DNA of 64,000 nucleotides from Christensenellaceae bacterium Phil1 (lineage in GTDB: Bacteria > Bacillota > Clostridia > Christensenellales > CAG-138). Below, one piece after another: positions 36,978 to 46,267 of the stretch. The stretch lies in NCBI GenBank assembly GCA_001940855.1, contig MSGS01000065.1:19107-83106 (forward strand). Reading direction: 5' to 3'. The notes under the pieces were generated by a model, which saw only the letters and a program-made list of their open reading frames with translations, was not told the DNA's origin and did not search any database. Position 1 is the first letter of the stretch. Each line of letters begins with the position of its first letter. A program made the position numbers and the translations under genes.

Positions 36978-39359
36978 ATGAGCCGTATTGATTGCAACGA
37001 GATTGTAAAACGCATGGAGGAGCGCCTCAGTGCGGATTATCAGATAGAGCTGCACGAGGCTTCAACGGTGCAGCTGCATAATGCGCTGGCGGAGGCCGTG
37101 ATGGCCGTTACCGCAAAGGACTGCCGCGAAAGCCGCCGCGCGCATGAGCGCGTGCGCAGGGCATATTATTTCAGCGCGGAATATTTGATGGGCCGTTCGG
37201 TATTTTCAAACCTTTACAATTTGGGGATACTGGACGAAATGCGCTCACTTCTGCGCGAAAGGGGAGCGGACATTTCAGCAATGGAGGAAATTGACGATGC
37301 TGCGCTTGGCAACGGCGGCCTCGGCAGGCTTGCGGCCTGCTATTTGGACAGCGCGGCCACGCTGGGCATACCGCTTGAGGGATATGGGTTAAGGTACAAA
37401 TTCGGCCTGTTCAAGCAGATCTTTGTGGACGGGTTTCAGGTGGAGAAGGCCGACGATTGGCTCAAATACGGCGACCCGTGGAGCAAGCGCAGGGACGATA
37501 AAACCGTTACCGTTGAATTTGCGGATCAAAAGGTGCTTGCCGTGCCGTACGACATGCCCGTTTTCGGCTACAACACGGCGCACAGCGGCACGCTGCGCCT
37601 GTGGCAGAGCGAACCGATAGAGGAATTTGACTTCAATCTGTTTAACGAGCAGGAATACGCGCTCGCCGTGCGTGAAAAGAACATGGTGGAGGATATCACC
37701 CGCGTGCTGTACCCTAACGACAGCACATACGCGGGCAAGCGGCTCAGGCTAAAGCAGCAATACTTCCTTTCAAGCGCCAGCCTGCAGGATATTGTACGCC
37801 GCTATAAGCGCACGCGCGGCACGGACATGAGCATGTTTGCCTCGCATTGCTCCATTCAGCTTAACGATACGCACCCCGTGGTGAGCATACCGGAGCTGAT
37901 AAGGCTTATGATGCTTGAGGGCATGGACTTCAACGCGGCGTTCGAGACCGCGCGCAAAACATTCAACTACACCAACCATACCGTTATGAGCGAGGCGCTG
38001 GAGCGCTGGGACGAGGGGCTGTTTTCAAGCGTTGTGCCGGAGCTGACGGGCATAATTTACCGCATAAACGACCGCCTGAACGACGAGCTGCGCGCCCGCG
38101 GCGCAAGCGACGAAATGCGCAGCCGTATGCAGATAATAGACAACGGCACCATACACATGGCCCGCCTGGCGGTTTATGTTTCAAGCGCGGTGAACGGCGT
38201 TGCCAAGATACATACGGACATACTGAAAAACGATTTGTTCCGCGACTGGTGCGCGCTCTATCCCGAACGCTTCCAGAACAAGACCAACGGCATAACCCCG
38301 CGGAGGTTCCTTGGCCTGTGCAACCCCGAATACGCGGCGCTTATTGCCGAAAAGACGGGGTCTTACGACTTCATTGCCGACCTTAGCCAAATAGGCAGGC
38401 TGAAGGAGCATATTGATGATGATACTATCGCCCGCTTTAATGAAATAAAGGCCAAGAACAAGCGCAGGCTTTCTTCCGTTATAAGCGAAAAGGAAGGCGT
38501 GCTGCTGCCTACGGACTTTGTTTACGACGTGCAGGTGAAGCGGCTGCATGAATACAAGCGGCAGCTTATGAACGCGTTTTCCATACTGGATATATATTAT
38601 TCCATAAAGGACGGCACGCTTACGGATTTCACCCCCACGGCGTTCATATTCGGCGCAAAGGCCGCGCCGGGCTACATACGGGCTAAGAACATTATAAAGT
38701 TCATAAACGAAATTGCCAACATGGTCAATTCAGACCCCGCCATGAAGGACGTTATGCGCGTTGTGTTCGTGCAGAACTACAACTGCTCCTATGCGGAAAT
38801 GATAATCCCGGCGGCGGATATATCGGAGCAGATATCCCCCGCCGGAACGGAGGCCAGCGGCACGGGCAACATGAAGCTGATGCTCAACGGCGCGGTAACG
38901 CTTGGCACATATGACGGGGCAAACATAGAAATTGCCGAGCAGGCAGGGCTTGAGAACAACTATATATTCGGCGCAACGGTGGAGGATATTGCAAAAACAC
39001 GCTCCTCCTACGACCCGAAGGGCATATACGAATCCAACCCCCGCATAAAGCGCGCGCTGGACACGCTGGTGAACGGCACGTTTACGGACGGCGGCATGGG
39101 CGGCTTCAAGGAGCTTTATGATTCGCTGCTGTACGGCGCGGCATGGCATACGCCAGACCAATACTATCTGCTGCTGGATATGCCCTCCTACATGGAGGCA
39201 AAGCTGCGCGCCAACCGCGACTACCGCGACCGCACGGCCTTCGGCCGCAAGTGCCTTATGAATACCGCCGGTGCGGGCAAGTTCTCTTCCGACCGCGCGC
39301 TGAAGGAATACGCGGAGGAGATTTGGCACATACCGACAATAACGGGCTTACGCCCGTAG
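36978..39359 (+). CDS. glgP: Glycogen/maltodextrin phosphorylase
   Basis: 793 aa from ATG 36978 (GGAGGG RBS). AYYFSAEYLMGRS, ALGNGGLGRLAACYLDS and EASGTGNMKLMLNGA (PLP lysine region) are phosphorylase signatures. Confidence 0.93.
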   Translation: MSRIDCNEIVKRMEERLSADYQIELHEASTVQLHNALAEAVMAVTAKDCRESRRAHERVRRAYYFSAEYLMGRSVFSNLYNLGILDEMRSLLRERGADISAMEEIDDAALGNGGLGRLAACYLDSAATLGIPLEGYGLRYKFGLFKQIFVDGFQVEKADDWLKYGDPWSKRRDDKTVTVEFADQKVLAVPYDMPVFGYNTAHSGTLRLWQSEPIEEFDFNLFNEQEYALAVREKNMVEDITRVLYPNDSTYAGKRLRLKQQYFLSSASLQDIVRRYKRTRGTDMSMFASHCSIQLNDTHPVVSIPELIRLMMLEGMDFNAAFETARKTFNYTNHTVMSEALERWDEGLFSSVVPELTGIIYRINDRLNDELRARGASDEMRSRMQIIDNGTIHMARLAVYVSSAVNGVAKIHTDILKNDLFRDWCALYPERFQNKTNGITPRRFLGLCNPEYAALIAEKTGSYDFIADLSQIGRLKEHIDDDTIARFNEIKAKNKRRLSSVISEKEGVLLPTDFVYDVQVKRLHEYKRQLMNAFSILDIYYSIKDGTLTDFTPTAFIFGAKAAPGYIRAKNIIKFINEIANMVNSDPAMKDVMRVVFVQNYNCSYAEMIIPAADISEQISPAGTEASGTGNMKLMLNGAVTLGTYDGANIEIAEQAGLENNYIFGATVEDIAKTRSSYDPKGIYESNPRIKRALDTLVNGTFTDGGMGGFKELYDSLLYGAAWHTPDQYYLLLDMPSYMEAKLRANRDYRDRTAFGRKCLMNTAGAGKFSSDRALKEYAEEIWHIPTITGLRP

Positions 39360-39421
39360 TGAAATTGCGCTTAGGCGCAGTGAAATATTGCTTCCGCCAT
39401 GTGAAATACGCCTATCGGCGT
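39359..39421 (+). repeat. Three tandem 21-nt units, each GTGAAAT plus a 5-bp mini-hairpin, in the glgP 3' region
   Basis: GTGAAATTGCGCTTAGGCGCA / GTGAAATATTGCTTCCGCCAT / GTGAAATACGCCTATCGGCGT, then GTGAGC. The first 19 nt are identical to 19246-19264. Confidence 0.75.
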
Positions 39422-39447
39422 GTGAGCATGAGAAATTATAAGGATAT

Positions 39448-39477
39448 GGGGACGCTATGCGTCCCCTTTGTGTTGTT
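39448..39477 (+). terminator. Rho-independent terminator of glgP
   Basis: GGGGACGC-TAT-GCGTCCCC followed by TTTGTGTTGTT. Confidence 0.65.
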
Positions 39478-39498
39478 ATTGTTTGGTGCTACCGCTAA

Positions 39499-39652
39499 CC
39501 AAAAGCTGTCCCCGCGTGCGGGGAAAGTGGCATGGCGAAGCCATGACGAAAGGGGAACGGCTCAGAGCAGCCAAGCTATTATACTATTCCCCCTCAGTCG
39601 GCTAACGCCGACAGCTCCCCCGCGTGCGGTGGAGCCTTTTGGTACAGCGGCA
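39499..39652. repeat. Composite repeat element (inverted pair of two-hairpin modules)
   Basis: CCAAAAGCTGTCCCCGCGTGCGGGGAAAGTGG-CATGGCGAAGCCATG-ACGAAAGGGGAA...spacer...TTCCCCCTCAGTC-GGCTAACGCC-GACAGCTCCCCCGCGTGCGGTGGAGCCTTTTGG. It is approximately the reverse complement of the element at 52405-52548. Confidence 0.8.
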
Positions 39653-39669
39653 GTAAAAACAACACAAAA

Positions 39670-39691
39670 GGGGGACGGCAATCCGTCCCCC
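39670..39691. terminator. Hairpin GGGGGACGG-CAAT-CCGTCCCCC, a likely terminator for the convergent PrsA-like gene
   Basis: The 22 nt are identical to the core of the terminator at 14209-14240. It lies 23 nt downstream of the stop of the minus-strand gene 39714-41183. Confidence 0.6.
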
Positions 39692-39713
39692 GCATAATAC
39701 ATGCTGTGTTTAT

Positions 39714-41183
39714 TTATTTGCCGAGCTGGCGGTAAACCTCGGTCACCAGCTCCACGGAGCCGTCGTTGAGCCATTCTTCGGTAAGCGCGTTCCAAACCTC
39801 GTCCTTCTTGTCGGCGGTGAGGGTGGCGGCTATGGCGTCGTGTACCTCGTCAAGGGTCTTGGAGCCGGCCTTTTCATCGCTGACGTAATAGATTATGTGC
39901 AGCCCGCTGGTATCCTCGAACACCTGGCTGTACTGGCCAAGGGAAAGCTTGGCGAAGGCATCCTTAACGGCCGTTGACCAATCGGAAGAGGAGGTGTAGG
40001 AATTGGATATGAGCATACCGTCCGCGTAAGCATCAATCTCCGTGAAGTCGGTATTCTCCGTCACGTCGGCCATAACGGCCTTGAAATCCTCGCCCGCTTC
40101 AAGGCGCGCGTAGGCGGCGTTAATCTTTTCATAGGCGCTGGCGGTGTATTCGGCGTAATACTTGTCGTATTCGGCCTGCTTGGCCTTGTATTCGCTTATT
40201 ATCTCAGCTATGCGCGCGGCGTTGGCGCTTGTGCCGTTTATTGCGTCGTCAAAGGCAAGGGTGCAATACTCGGTCTTGAGATTGTTCATTGCGGTCTTTG
40301 CATCGGTGCATTCCTGCGGAATGTCGCCTTCGTAGGCAACGTAGATATCATATATCCTGTGGTAATCCTTAGGAACAAAGAGCGGGGGAACGCCCTCCAG
40401 GCTTGCTTCGTAGGCGTCCTCATCGTCCTTGTAGTACTCGGGATTGTTATTATATGTGTCCATATCGGTCATGGAGTTGGTGTTGAACTGCTCCTCGATG
40501 TCCACCTCGTCCGCAGCGGCGTCCTTGGTCAGGTCGTTCCGCATAAGCTCGACAAGGTATTCAACCTCAACGTCCTCGCTCAGCTTTGCGCAGTAGGATT
40601 CATAGGTGGCGTTTTCGTCGCCCATGTTGGCAATGGCTTCTTCGAGTATAAGCTCGTTCATCCTTTCGTCCACGTTCACGCTTTCGTCCGTTTCGGCTTC
40701 CTGTTCGGCTATGTCGCGGTAATAGGAATTGAGCCCGTCTATCTTTTCGGCAATGCGGCTTTCAAGCTCCGCCTTCTGCTCATCGGTAAAGTTGGCGTAG
40801 CCCAGCTCGCGCGCCTTGGCCTCTATAACCTTGTCCTGAACCATAAGGTTGATAAGGTCGTCCTGAAACTCCTCAAGCGTGGCCTGATCGCTTATCACGT
40901 CGTAACCATAGTTGGCAAAATACTCAACGTACATATCGAACATGGTCTTAACATCGCCGAGCGTAAGCACGGTTTCGCCGTTTATTTTGGCTACCGCGGC
41001 AGTCAGGTCAAGCTCCGCGCTGTTGTCGGTATCCGTGGGCTCTGCGGTGGATGCGGGCGCGGCGGGGTCTGTGGGCTCAGCGGTGCCGCTGGGGGTATCG
41101 GTGTCGCTCAGCTGGCAGGCGCACAGTATGCTTGCGGCCATAGCGGCGCACAGCAGCAGGGCAATAAGCTTCTTGGTATTCAA
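39714..41183 (-). CDS. PrsA/SurA-like lipoprotein peptidyl-prolyl isomerase (parvulin domain)
   Basis: The signal peptide with lipobox is NTKKLIALLLCAAMAASILCAC. The C-terminus FAKLSLGQYSQVFEDTSGLHIIYYVSDE is parvulin-like. The likely start is TTG 41183, 7 nt after AGGAG; the track's ATG 41201 would lie within that RBS context. Confidence 0.78.
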   Translation of the reverse strand: MNTKKLIALLLCAAMAASILCACQLSDTDTPSGTAEPTDPAAPASTAEPTDTDNSAELDLTAAVAKINGETVLTLGDVKTMFDMYVEYFANYGYDVISDQATLEEFQDDLINLMVQDKVIEAKARELGYANFTDEQKAELESRIAEKIDGLNSYYRDIAEQEAETDESVNVDERMNELILEEAIANMGDENATYESYCAKLSEDVEVEYLVELMRNDLTKDAAADEVDIEEQFNTNSMTDMDTYNNNPEYYKDDEDAYEASLEGVPPLFVPKDYHRIYDIYVAYEGDIPQECTDAKTAMNNLKTEYCTLAFDDAINGTSANAARIAEIISEYKAKQAEYDKYYAEYTASAYEKINAAYARLEAGEDFKAVMADVTENTDFTEIDAYADGMLISNSYTSSSDWSTAVKDAFAKLSLGQYSQVFEDTSGLHIIYYVSDEKAGSKTLDEVHDAIAATLTADKKDEVWNALTEEWLNDGSVELVTEVYRQLGK

Positions 41184-41248
41184 ATCGTTTTCTCCTTCCA
41201 TATCATGTGCAGCAATGGCTGCGCAAGTCAGTATTATGTATTATAGCA

Positions 41249-44200
41249 TCAATTTGCGCTTAGGCAATCGGCAAGCATGTAAACAAACTGTGGCAGCATG
41301 GCGTAGAGCGCGGCGGCGTCGCTCTTGGGGCGGCTTATAACCATGTTCGGCGTATCGCCGAAGGTCATGCGCGCGCCCGCTATGTTGCCCGCGGCGGCAA
41401 TAAGCTTTGCCCCGTCTATGGGCGCCTGCTTATCGAACACGAAGCGCACCTCCTTATCCCGTATCCTCAGCTGCGTAACGCCCGCGCGGGAGCAGTCCGC
41501 CTTTATAAGGGCAATGTTGAGCAAATTCGCCGTGTCCTCCGGAATGTCGCCGTAGCGGTCTATAAGCTCATCCTGCACGTCGTAAAGATCGTCCCGCGTT
41601 TCTATCAGCGCTATGCGCTTGTACATGGAAAGCCGCTCCGATTCGCGCGGAATATAATGCGTGGATATGCTTGAAGGCACGGGGATATCCACCACCGTGT
41701 CTATCTTTACCGGCTCCTTTTCGCCCTTGGCTTCCTTTACCGCGCCTTCAACAATTTTGCAGTAAAGGTCGTAGCCCACGGCTGCCATATGCCCGTGCTG
41801 CTCCGGCCCCAGCAGGTTGCCCGCGCCGCGTATTTCAAGGTCCCGCATTGCTATTTTGAAGCCCGCGCCGAATTGGGTAAATTCGCGTATGGCGCTCAGG
41901 CGTTTTTCGGCAATGTCGCTCAAAACCTTGTCCCGCATAAATGTTAGGTATGCATAGCCAAGCCGCGCGCCCCGGCCTACCCTGCCGCGCAGCTGATAAA
42001 GCTGGGCAAGACCCATTTTGTCCGCATCGTATATTATAATGGTGTTTACGTTGGGTATATCAAGCCCGCTTTCTATTATTGTGGAGCAAAGCAGAACGTC
42101 GTATTGCTGCTCCATAAAGTCCAGCATCGTGCGCTCAAGCTGCCGTTCGCCCATCTGCCCGTGGGCATAGGCTATGCGCGCCTCCGGCACAAGCTGCTTC
42201 AGCTTTTCCGCAAACGTTTCCATGCCGCGCACGTTGTTGTAAACGAAGAACACCTGCCCCCCGCGGCCGAGCTCTTTCATTATGGCCTCCCGCGCAACAG
42301 CCTCGCTGTATTCCATAACGTATGTCTGCACGGGGTAGCGCTGCTCCGGCGGGGTTTCGATGACTGACATATCGCGTATGCCCGTCATGGACATATGCAG
42401 CGTCCTTGGTATAGGCGTTGCGGAAAGGGTGAGCGCGTCTATATCCTTGCGCATTTCCTTTATCTGCTCCTTGTGGCCCACGCCGAAGCGCTGCTCCTCG
42501 TCTATTATAAGAAGGCCAAGGTCCTTGAACTGCACGGATTTTGAAAGCAGCTTGTGCGTGCCGACAACAACGTCTATCGTGCCTTTTTTAAGCCCGTCTA
42601 TCACCCGCGCCTCTTCCGCAGGGGAATTGAACCGCGAAAGCAGCGCAACGTTGACGGGGAAGCCCGAAAAGCGGGCGGCAAGGGTGTTATAATGCTGCTG
42701 CGCAAGTATTGTCGTTGGCACAAGGAAGGCAACCTGCTTGCTGTCCGTCACGGCCTTGAACGCGGCGCGGAGGGCGACTTCCGTCTTTCCGTAGCCCACG
42801 TCCCCGCAAAGCAGCCTATCCATAACGCGGTCGCTTTCCATATCCTTTTTTATTTCGGCAATGCTCGTAAGCTGATCCGGCGTTTCCTGATAGGGGAAGC
42901 TTTCCTCCAGCCGCTTCTGCCACGCCGTGTCAGGCGGGAAGGCATGGCCCTTCCTGTGCAGCCTGTCGCCGTAAAGCTTTACCAAATCGAACGCCAGCTT
43001 TTTAACGCTTTCCCGCGTTTTGTTTACCGTGCGCTGCCATTCCCCCGTGCCAAGGTGGGAAAGATGGGCGGTGGTTTCGTCCCCGCCAATGTATTTCTGC
43101 ACGCGATCAAGCTGATCCGTAGGCACGTAAAGCTTATCCCCGCCCGCGTAAACAAGGTGCAGATAGTCCCGCGATACTCCCGCCACCTGAAGCGTTACAA
43201 CGCCCACGAAGCGGCCTATGCCGTGCAGCTCATGCACCACCAAATCGCCCACGCTAAGCTCGCTGAAGGCCAATTTGGGCTTCCTTTTGGAGGCTGATGC
43301 ACTGCGGCGCGATTCCGTGCCGTATAGCTCGCATTCGCTTATTACCGCAAGCCTGAGCTCAGGATATTCAAAGCCGCGCGCTATGCTTTGGCCCACAATA
43401 AGCTGCTCCCCGCTTATGATGTCCCGCGTAAGGGCTTCGGCAATGCCTATAGTAACGCCTTCATCGCCCAGCATATCGCCTATGCGCTTTGCGTGCGCGC
43501 CCGCGTATATCATAACGGTGCTGCCGCCCCGCTTCCAGCTTTCAATGTCCGCGGCAAGGGCTGGCGTGTTGCCTATGTATTTCGCCATCGGCCGCGTTTC
43601 AAAGCGGAAAAGGCATTTGGGCTTTATCAGTCCGTATGTCCGCGTAAGGGCGAAAAGCATGGCCGTATATGGCGTGTCAAGGCTCTGCAATATGTGCGAG
43701 GGCTGGCATATAAGCTCCGCCTGCTCCGGCAGGGCGGTGCCCTCGTGAATATATGAACCAACCCTGTCAAGATGAGTTGTGAAGGCAAGCTTCGCGCTTT
43801 CCTCAACGCGCTGCGGTTCGTCTATCAATATTATCGCGCCCTCGGGCAGGTAATCGGTAATAAATGCCTCCGGGTAAAACAGGGGCATCAGCATTTCAAG
43901 CCCGAGTGGTACGCTGCCCTCCGAAAGCCGGTCGTATTCCTCCTTCATGCCCTCGGTTTTGCGCAGCGCACGCATGCCGCGCGTGCGTGCTTCCTTCGTA
44001 AGGGGCATCTCCGTTGCCGGGGGGATGACGCAGCGGTCTATGTTCTCTATCGAGCGCTGAGATATTGCGTCGTATGTGCGCATGGTGTCTATCTCGTCGT
44101 CAAAGAACTCTATCCTAACGGGGTTGGCCATGCTTATGGGGAACACGTCCAAGTAGCCGCCCCTCAGGCACACCTGCCCCTTGCCTTCGCACATATCAAC

Positions 44201-44695
44201 CCGCTCGTACCCCGCGTTTATAAGCGCGGCCAAAAGCTCGCGCGGCTCAGTCCTGTCCCCTGCGGAAACGGTGCGCATGCATTGGGCGATGGCTGTGGGC
44301 GGGGTCATGCGCTGAATAAGCGCCTCTGCAGATACCGCAACGGCAATGTTTTCGCCGTTAAGCAGCGCGCACAGCGGCTCAAGCCGCCTTGCGGTAAGTC
44401 CGGCGGATGCGGCAATGCCCTTTGCGCCCAGCGGCAGCTCCCGCGCGGGCAGATGATACGCCCTGTCCGTAAACGCGGCCATGTCCTGCTGTATCCTTGC
44501 GGCGCTTGATTCATTGGCGGTTATTATCAGCACGGTTTTGCCCGTATGGCAAAACAGGCCCGCCGCAATGTGCGCCCGCACGGCCTCGCAAAGGCCGAAC
44601 ACGGCTGCGCTGCCCTCGCCCTTTTTCAGCGCGTCAACAAGGCGCGTATACTCCGGGTGCTTATTAAGTATTTTTATCAGCGGATGCTCATTCAT
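41249..44695 (-). CDS. mfd: Transcription-repair coupling factor
   Basis: LCGDVGYGKTEVALRAAF (helicase motif I), LLIIDEEQRFGV (motif II), the TRG motif region and the UvrB-homology N-terminus are present. The start is ATG 44695 or 44722; both overlap the 3' end of pth. Confidence 0.95.
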   Translation of the reverse strand: MNEHPLIKILNKHPEYTRLVDALKKGEGSAAVFGLCEAVRAHIAAGLFCHTGKTVLIITANESSAARIQQDMAAFTDRAYHLPARELPLGAKGIAASAGLTARRLEPLCALLNGENIAVAVSAEALIQRMTPPTAIAQCMRTVSAGDRTEPRELLAALINAGYERVDMCEGKGQVCLRGGYLDVFPISMANPVRIEFFDDEIDTMRTYDAISQRSIENIDRCVIPPATEMPLTKEARTRGMRALRKTEGMKEEYDRLSEGSVPLGLEMLMPLFYPEAFITDYLPEGAIILIDEPQRVEESAKLAFTTHLDRVGSYIHEGTALPEQAELICQPSHILQSLDTPYTAMLFALTRTYGLIKPKCLFRFETRPMAKYIGNTPALAADIESWKRGGSTVMIYAGAHAKRIGDMLGDEGVTIGIAEALTRDIISGEQLIVGQSIARGFEYPELRLAVISECELYGTESRRSASASKRKPKLAFSELSVGDLVVHELHGIGRFVGVVTLQVAGVSRDYLHLVYAGGDKLYVPTDQLDRVQKYIGGDETTAHLSHLGTGEWQRTVNKTRESVKKLAFDLVKLYGDRLHRKGHAFPPDTAWQKRLEESFPYQETPDQLTSIAEIKKDMESDRVMDRLLCGDVGYGKTEVALRAAFKAVTDSKQVAFLVPTTILAQQHYNTLAARFSGFPVNVALLSRFNSPAEEARVIDGLKKGTIDVVVGTHKLLSKSVQFKDLGLLIIDEEQRFGVGHKEQIKEMRKDIDALTLSATPIPRTLHMSMTGIRDMSVIETPPEQRYPVQTYVMEYSEAVAREAIMKELGRGGQVFFVYNNVRGMETFAEKLKQLVPEARIAYAHGQMGERQLERTMLDFMEQQYDVLLCSTIIESGLDIPNVNTIIIYDADKMGLAQLYQLRGRVGRGARLGYAYLTFMRDKVLSDIAEKRLSAIREFTQFGAGFKIAMRDLEIRGAGNLLGPEQHGHMAAVGYDLYCKIVEGAVKEAKGEKEPVKIDTVVDIPVPSSISTHYIPRESERLSMYKRIALIETRDDLYDVQDELIDRYGDIPEDTANLLNIALIKADCSRAGVTQLRIRDKEVRFVFDKQAPIDGAKLIAAAGNIAGARMTFGDTPNMVISRPKSDAAALYAMLPQFVYMLADCLSAN

Positions 44696-45329
44696 CCTTC
44701 GTTTCGCCTTTCTGTTCAGCATTTTCGGCTTCGGCCTTCTTGGCTTCTTCCTTCTTTTTGCGCTTGGGCTTTTTGTTGAAGCGCATCTGCGCGTCTGCTA
44801 TCCGGCCCGATACCATAAGCTCCGCCGCGTCCGCAGCATCGTTCAGCGCGGCCTTAACCTTGTCCAGCGCCTCTCCCGTGGGCATGGACATAACGTGCGC
44901 TATCAAATCGCGCCCGCCTTCAGGCGCGCCAACGCCAACCCGTATGCGGGGAAAATCATCGAACCCAAGCTGGTATATAACGCTTTTCATGCCGTTGTGG
45001 CTGCCGGAGGAGCCTTTTTCGCGTATGCGAAGATCGCCGGGGTCAAGGTCTATATCGTCATATATAACAATAAGCTGATCGTGCTCGATCTTGAACCAGT
45101 TGACCAAATCCCTTACCGCCCAGCCGGAATTGTTCATGAACGTTAAGGGCTTAGCCAGTATAACCCGCTCCGTGCCTATGCGGCCTTCGCCGTAAACGCT
45201 GCGGAAGTTCTCCTTCCTTATATCTATATTGTGCCTTGCCGCCAATATGTCCAGCGCCATAAAGCCCATGTTGTGCCGCGTGTCGGCATATTCGCGCCCG
45301 GGGTTTCCAAGGCCTACTATTATATACAT
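44688..45329 (-). CDS. pth: Peptidyl-tRNA hydrolase with a Lys/Glu-rich C-terminal tail
   Basis: MYIIVGLGNPGREYADTRHNMGFMALDILA...GSSGSHNGMKS. It has an extra ~25-aa tail, KKPKRKKKEEAKKAEAENAEQKGETKDE. Confidence 0.95.
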   Translation of the reverse strand: MYIIVGLGNPGREYADTRHNMGFMALDILAARHNIDIRKENFRSVYGEGRIGTERVILAKPLTFMNNSGWAVRDLVNWFKIEHDQLIVIYDDIDLDPGDLRIREKGSSGSHNGMKSVIYQLGFDDFPRIRVGVGAPEGGRDLIAHVMSMPTGEALDKVKAALNDAADAAELMVSGRIADAQMRFNKKPKRKKKEEAKKAEAENAEQKGETKDE

Positions 45330-45465
45330 AAAAAACCTCCGTAAAAAAGTTTATTGCACGCAATCACGCCCTCATGCAGGCTCGCATGGGGGCGCCAACG
45401 CATATTATACCCCAAAAACCGCCGCCGCACAAGGCAATGCGCGAATAGAGCGCGGGCAGGGGCAA

Positions 45466-45495
45466 GAAAAAAGAGCCGTGCAAGGCGGCTCTTTT
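45466..45495 (-). terminator. Rho-independent terminator after pgsA
   Basis: The minus strand reads AAAAGAGCCGCCTTGCACGGCTCTTTTTT, a 7-bp stem followed by T6. Confidence 0.65.
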
Positions 45496-45506
45496 GATAT
45501 GCTCTG

Positions 45507-46040
45507 TTATGATTCCTTCTTTTCGCGGTTGAATACCTGCACCTTTGCATAGTGACAAAGGGCTATCACCGCAAGCACTATCGCAATGCAGAACACTATT
45601 ATGTTCAGCATGCCTATCCATGGCCAGAAGTTTTTCAAAAGCGTAAGCGCAACGCCCGCATTGAAGAAGCCCGCGGCAAACTTGCCGTACCAATCGGCGT
45701 ACACCACGACCTCCCTACGGAAAAGCAGCAGGCCGCCTATTATCATTATGCCTTCTTTTATAAGCACCGCAAGCAGTATCCAAAGCGGCAGCCAGCCAGC
45801 GGAATAGAAGCACGAAAGCGCCGCTATTACCATAAGCTTGTCCGCAAGGGGATCGAGAACCTTGCCAAGGTCGCTTATCCAGTTGTTCCTGCGGGCAAGG
45901 TAGCCATCGAGCAGATCCGTGAAAAACGCCGTGAGGAACACAATAAGGCAGGCAAGATATTTTGCCCGCGCGAAAAGAAATATGAACACGCCGACCAATA
46001 TAAGGCGTATGGCCGAAAGCACGTTTGGTATATGCCGCAT
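45507..46040 (-). CDS. pgsA: CDP-diacylglycerol--glycerol-3-phosphate 3-phosphatidyltransferase
   Basis: The CDP-alcohol phosphatidyltransferase motif is DLLDGYLARRNNWISDLGKVLDPLADKL. 177 aa with 4 TM helices. Confidence 0.9.
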   Translation of the reverse strand: MRHIPNVLSAIRLILVGVFIFLFARAKYLACLIVFLTAFFTDLLDGYLARRNNWISDLGKVLDPLADKLMVIAALSCFYSAGWLPLWILLAVLIKEGIMIIGGLLLFRREVVVYADWYGKFAAGFFNAGVALTLLKNFWPWIGMLNIIVFCIAIVLAVIALCHYAKVQVFNREKKES

Positions 46041-46175
46041 AAATTACACTCTCCTATGCAGACCATTATAACCGATGGATAAAATATTTTCCATATTTTA
46101 TTGTGAAAAGTAAGCTAAATGTAAGATGAAAATAGGATAAGATAGTGTTAATTCTGTGTACAATCGCCTTTTTCG

Positions 46176-46204
46176 TTGACATGCAGCCCCTTGGGCGATA
46201 AAAT
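46176..46204 (+). promoter_or_regulatory. Putative promoter (TTGACA, 17 nt, TAAAAT) for the second PrsA-like gene
   Basis: TTGACA at 46176-46181; TAAAAT at 46199-46204. Confidence 0.45.
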
Positions 46205-46267
46205 AATAGGGCAGTTTATCCGCGCGCGGGGTATCCTCGCGCTTATTACAAAGGAGATTTTTGAAAA

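Noticed and set aside
39143-39697. 184-aa plus-strand ORF, with similar ORFs at 33781-34117 and 52431-53249
   Set aside because: They run out of frame through the 3' ends of real genes and across the repeat elements and terminators. There is no RBS, and the shared peptide strings (KGDGNPSP and the like) are translations of the repeated hairpins.
45330-45465. Possible riboswitch or attenuator in the pth 5' leader (11-bp hairpin CGCCCCCATGC/GCATGAGGGCG followed by ATTGC-GT-GCAAT and a T-run)
   Set aside because: The structures are real, but I cannot match them to any known regulatory RNA class, and the second stem is weak. I have left it unannotated rather than over-calling.
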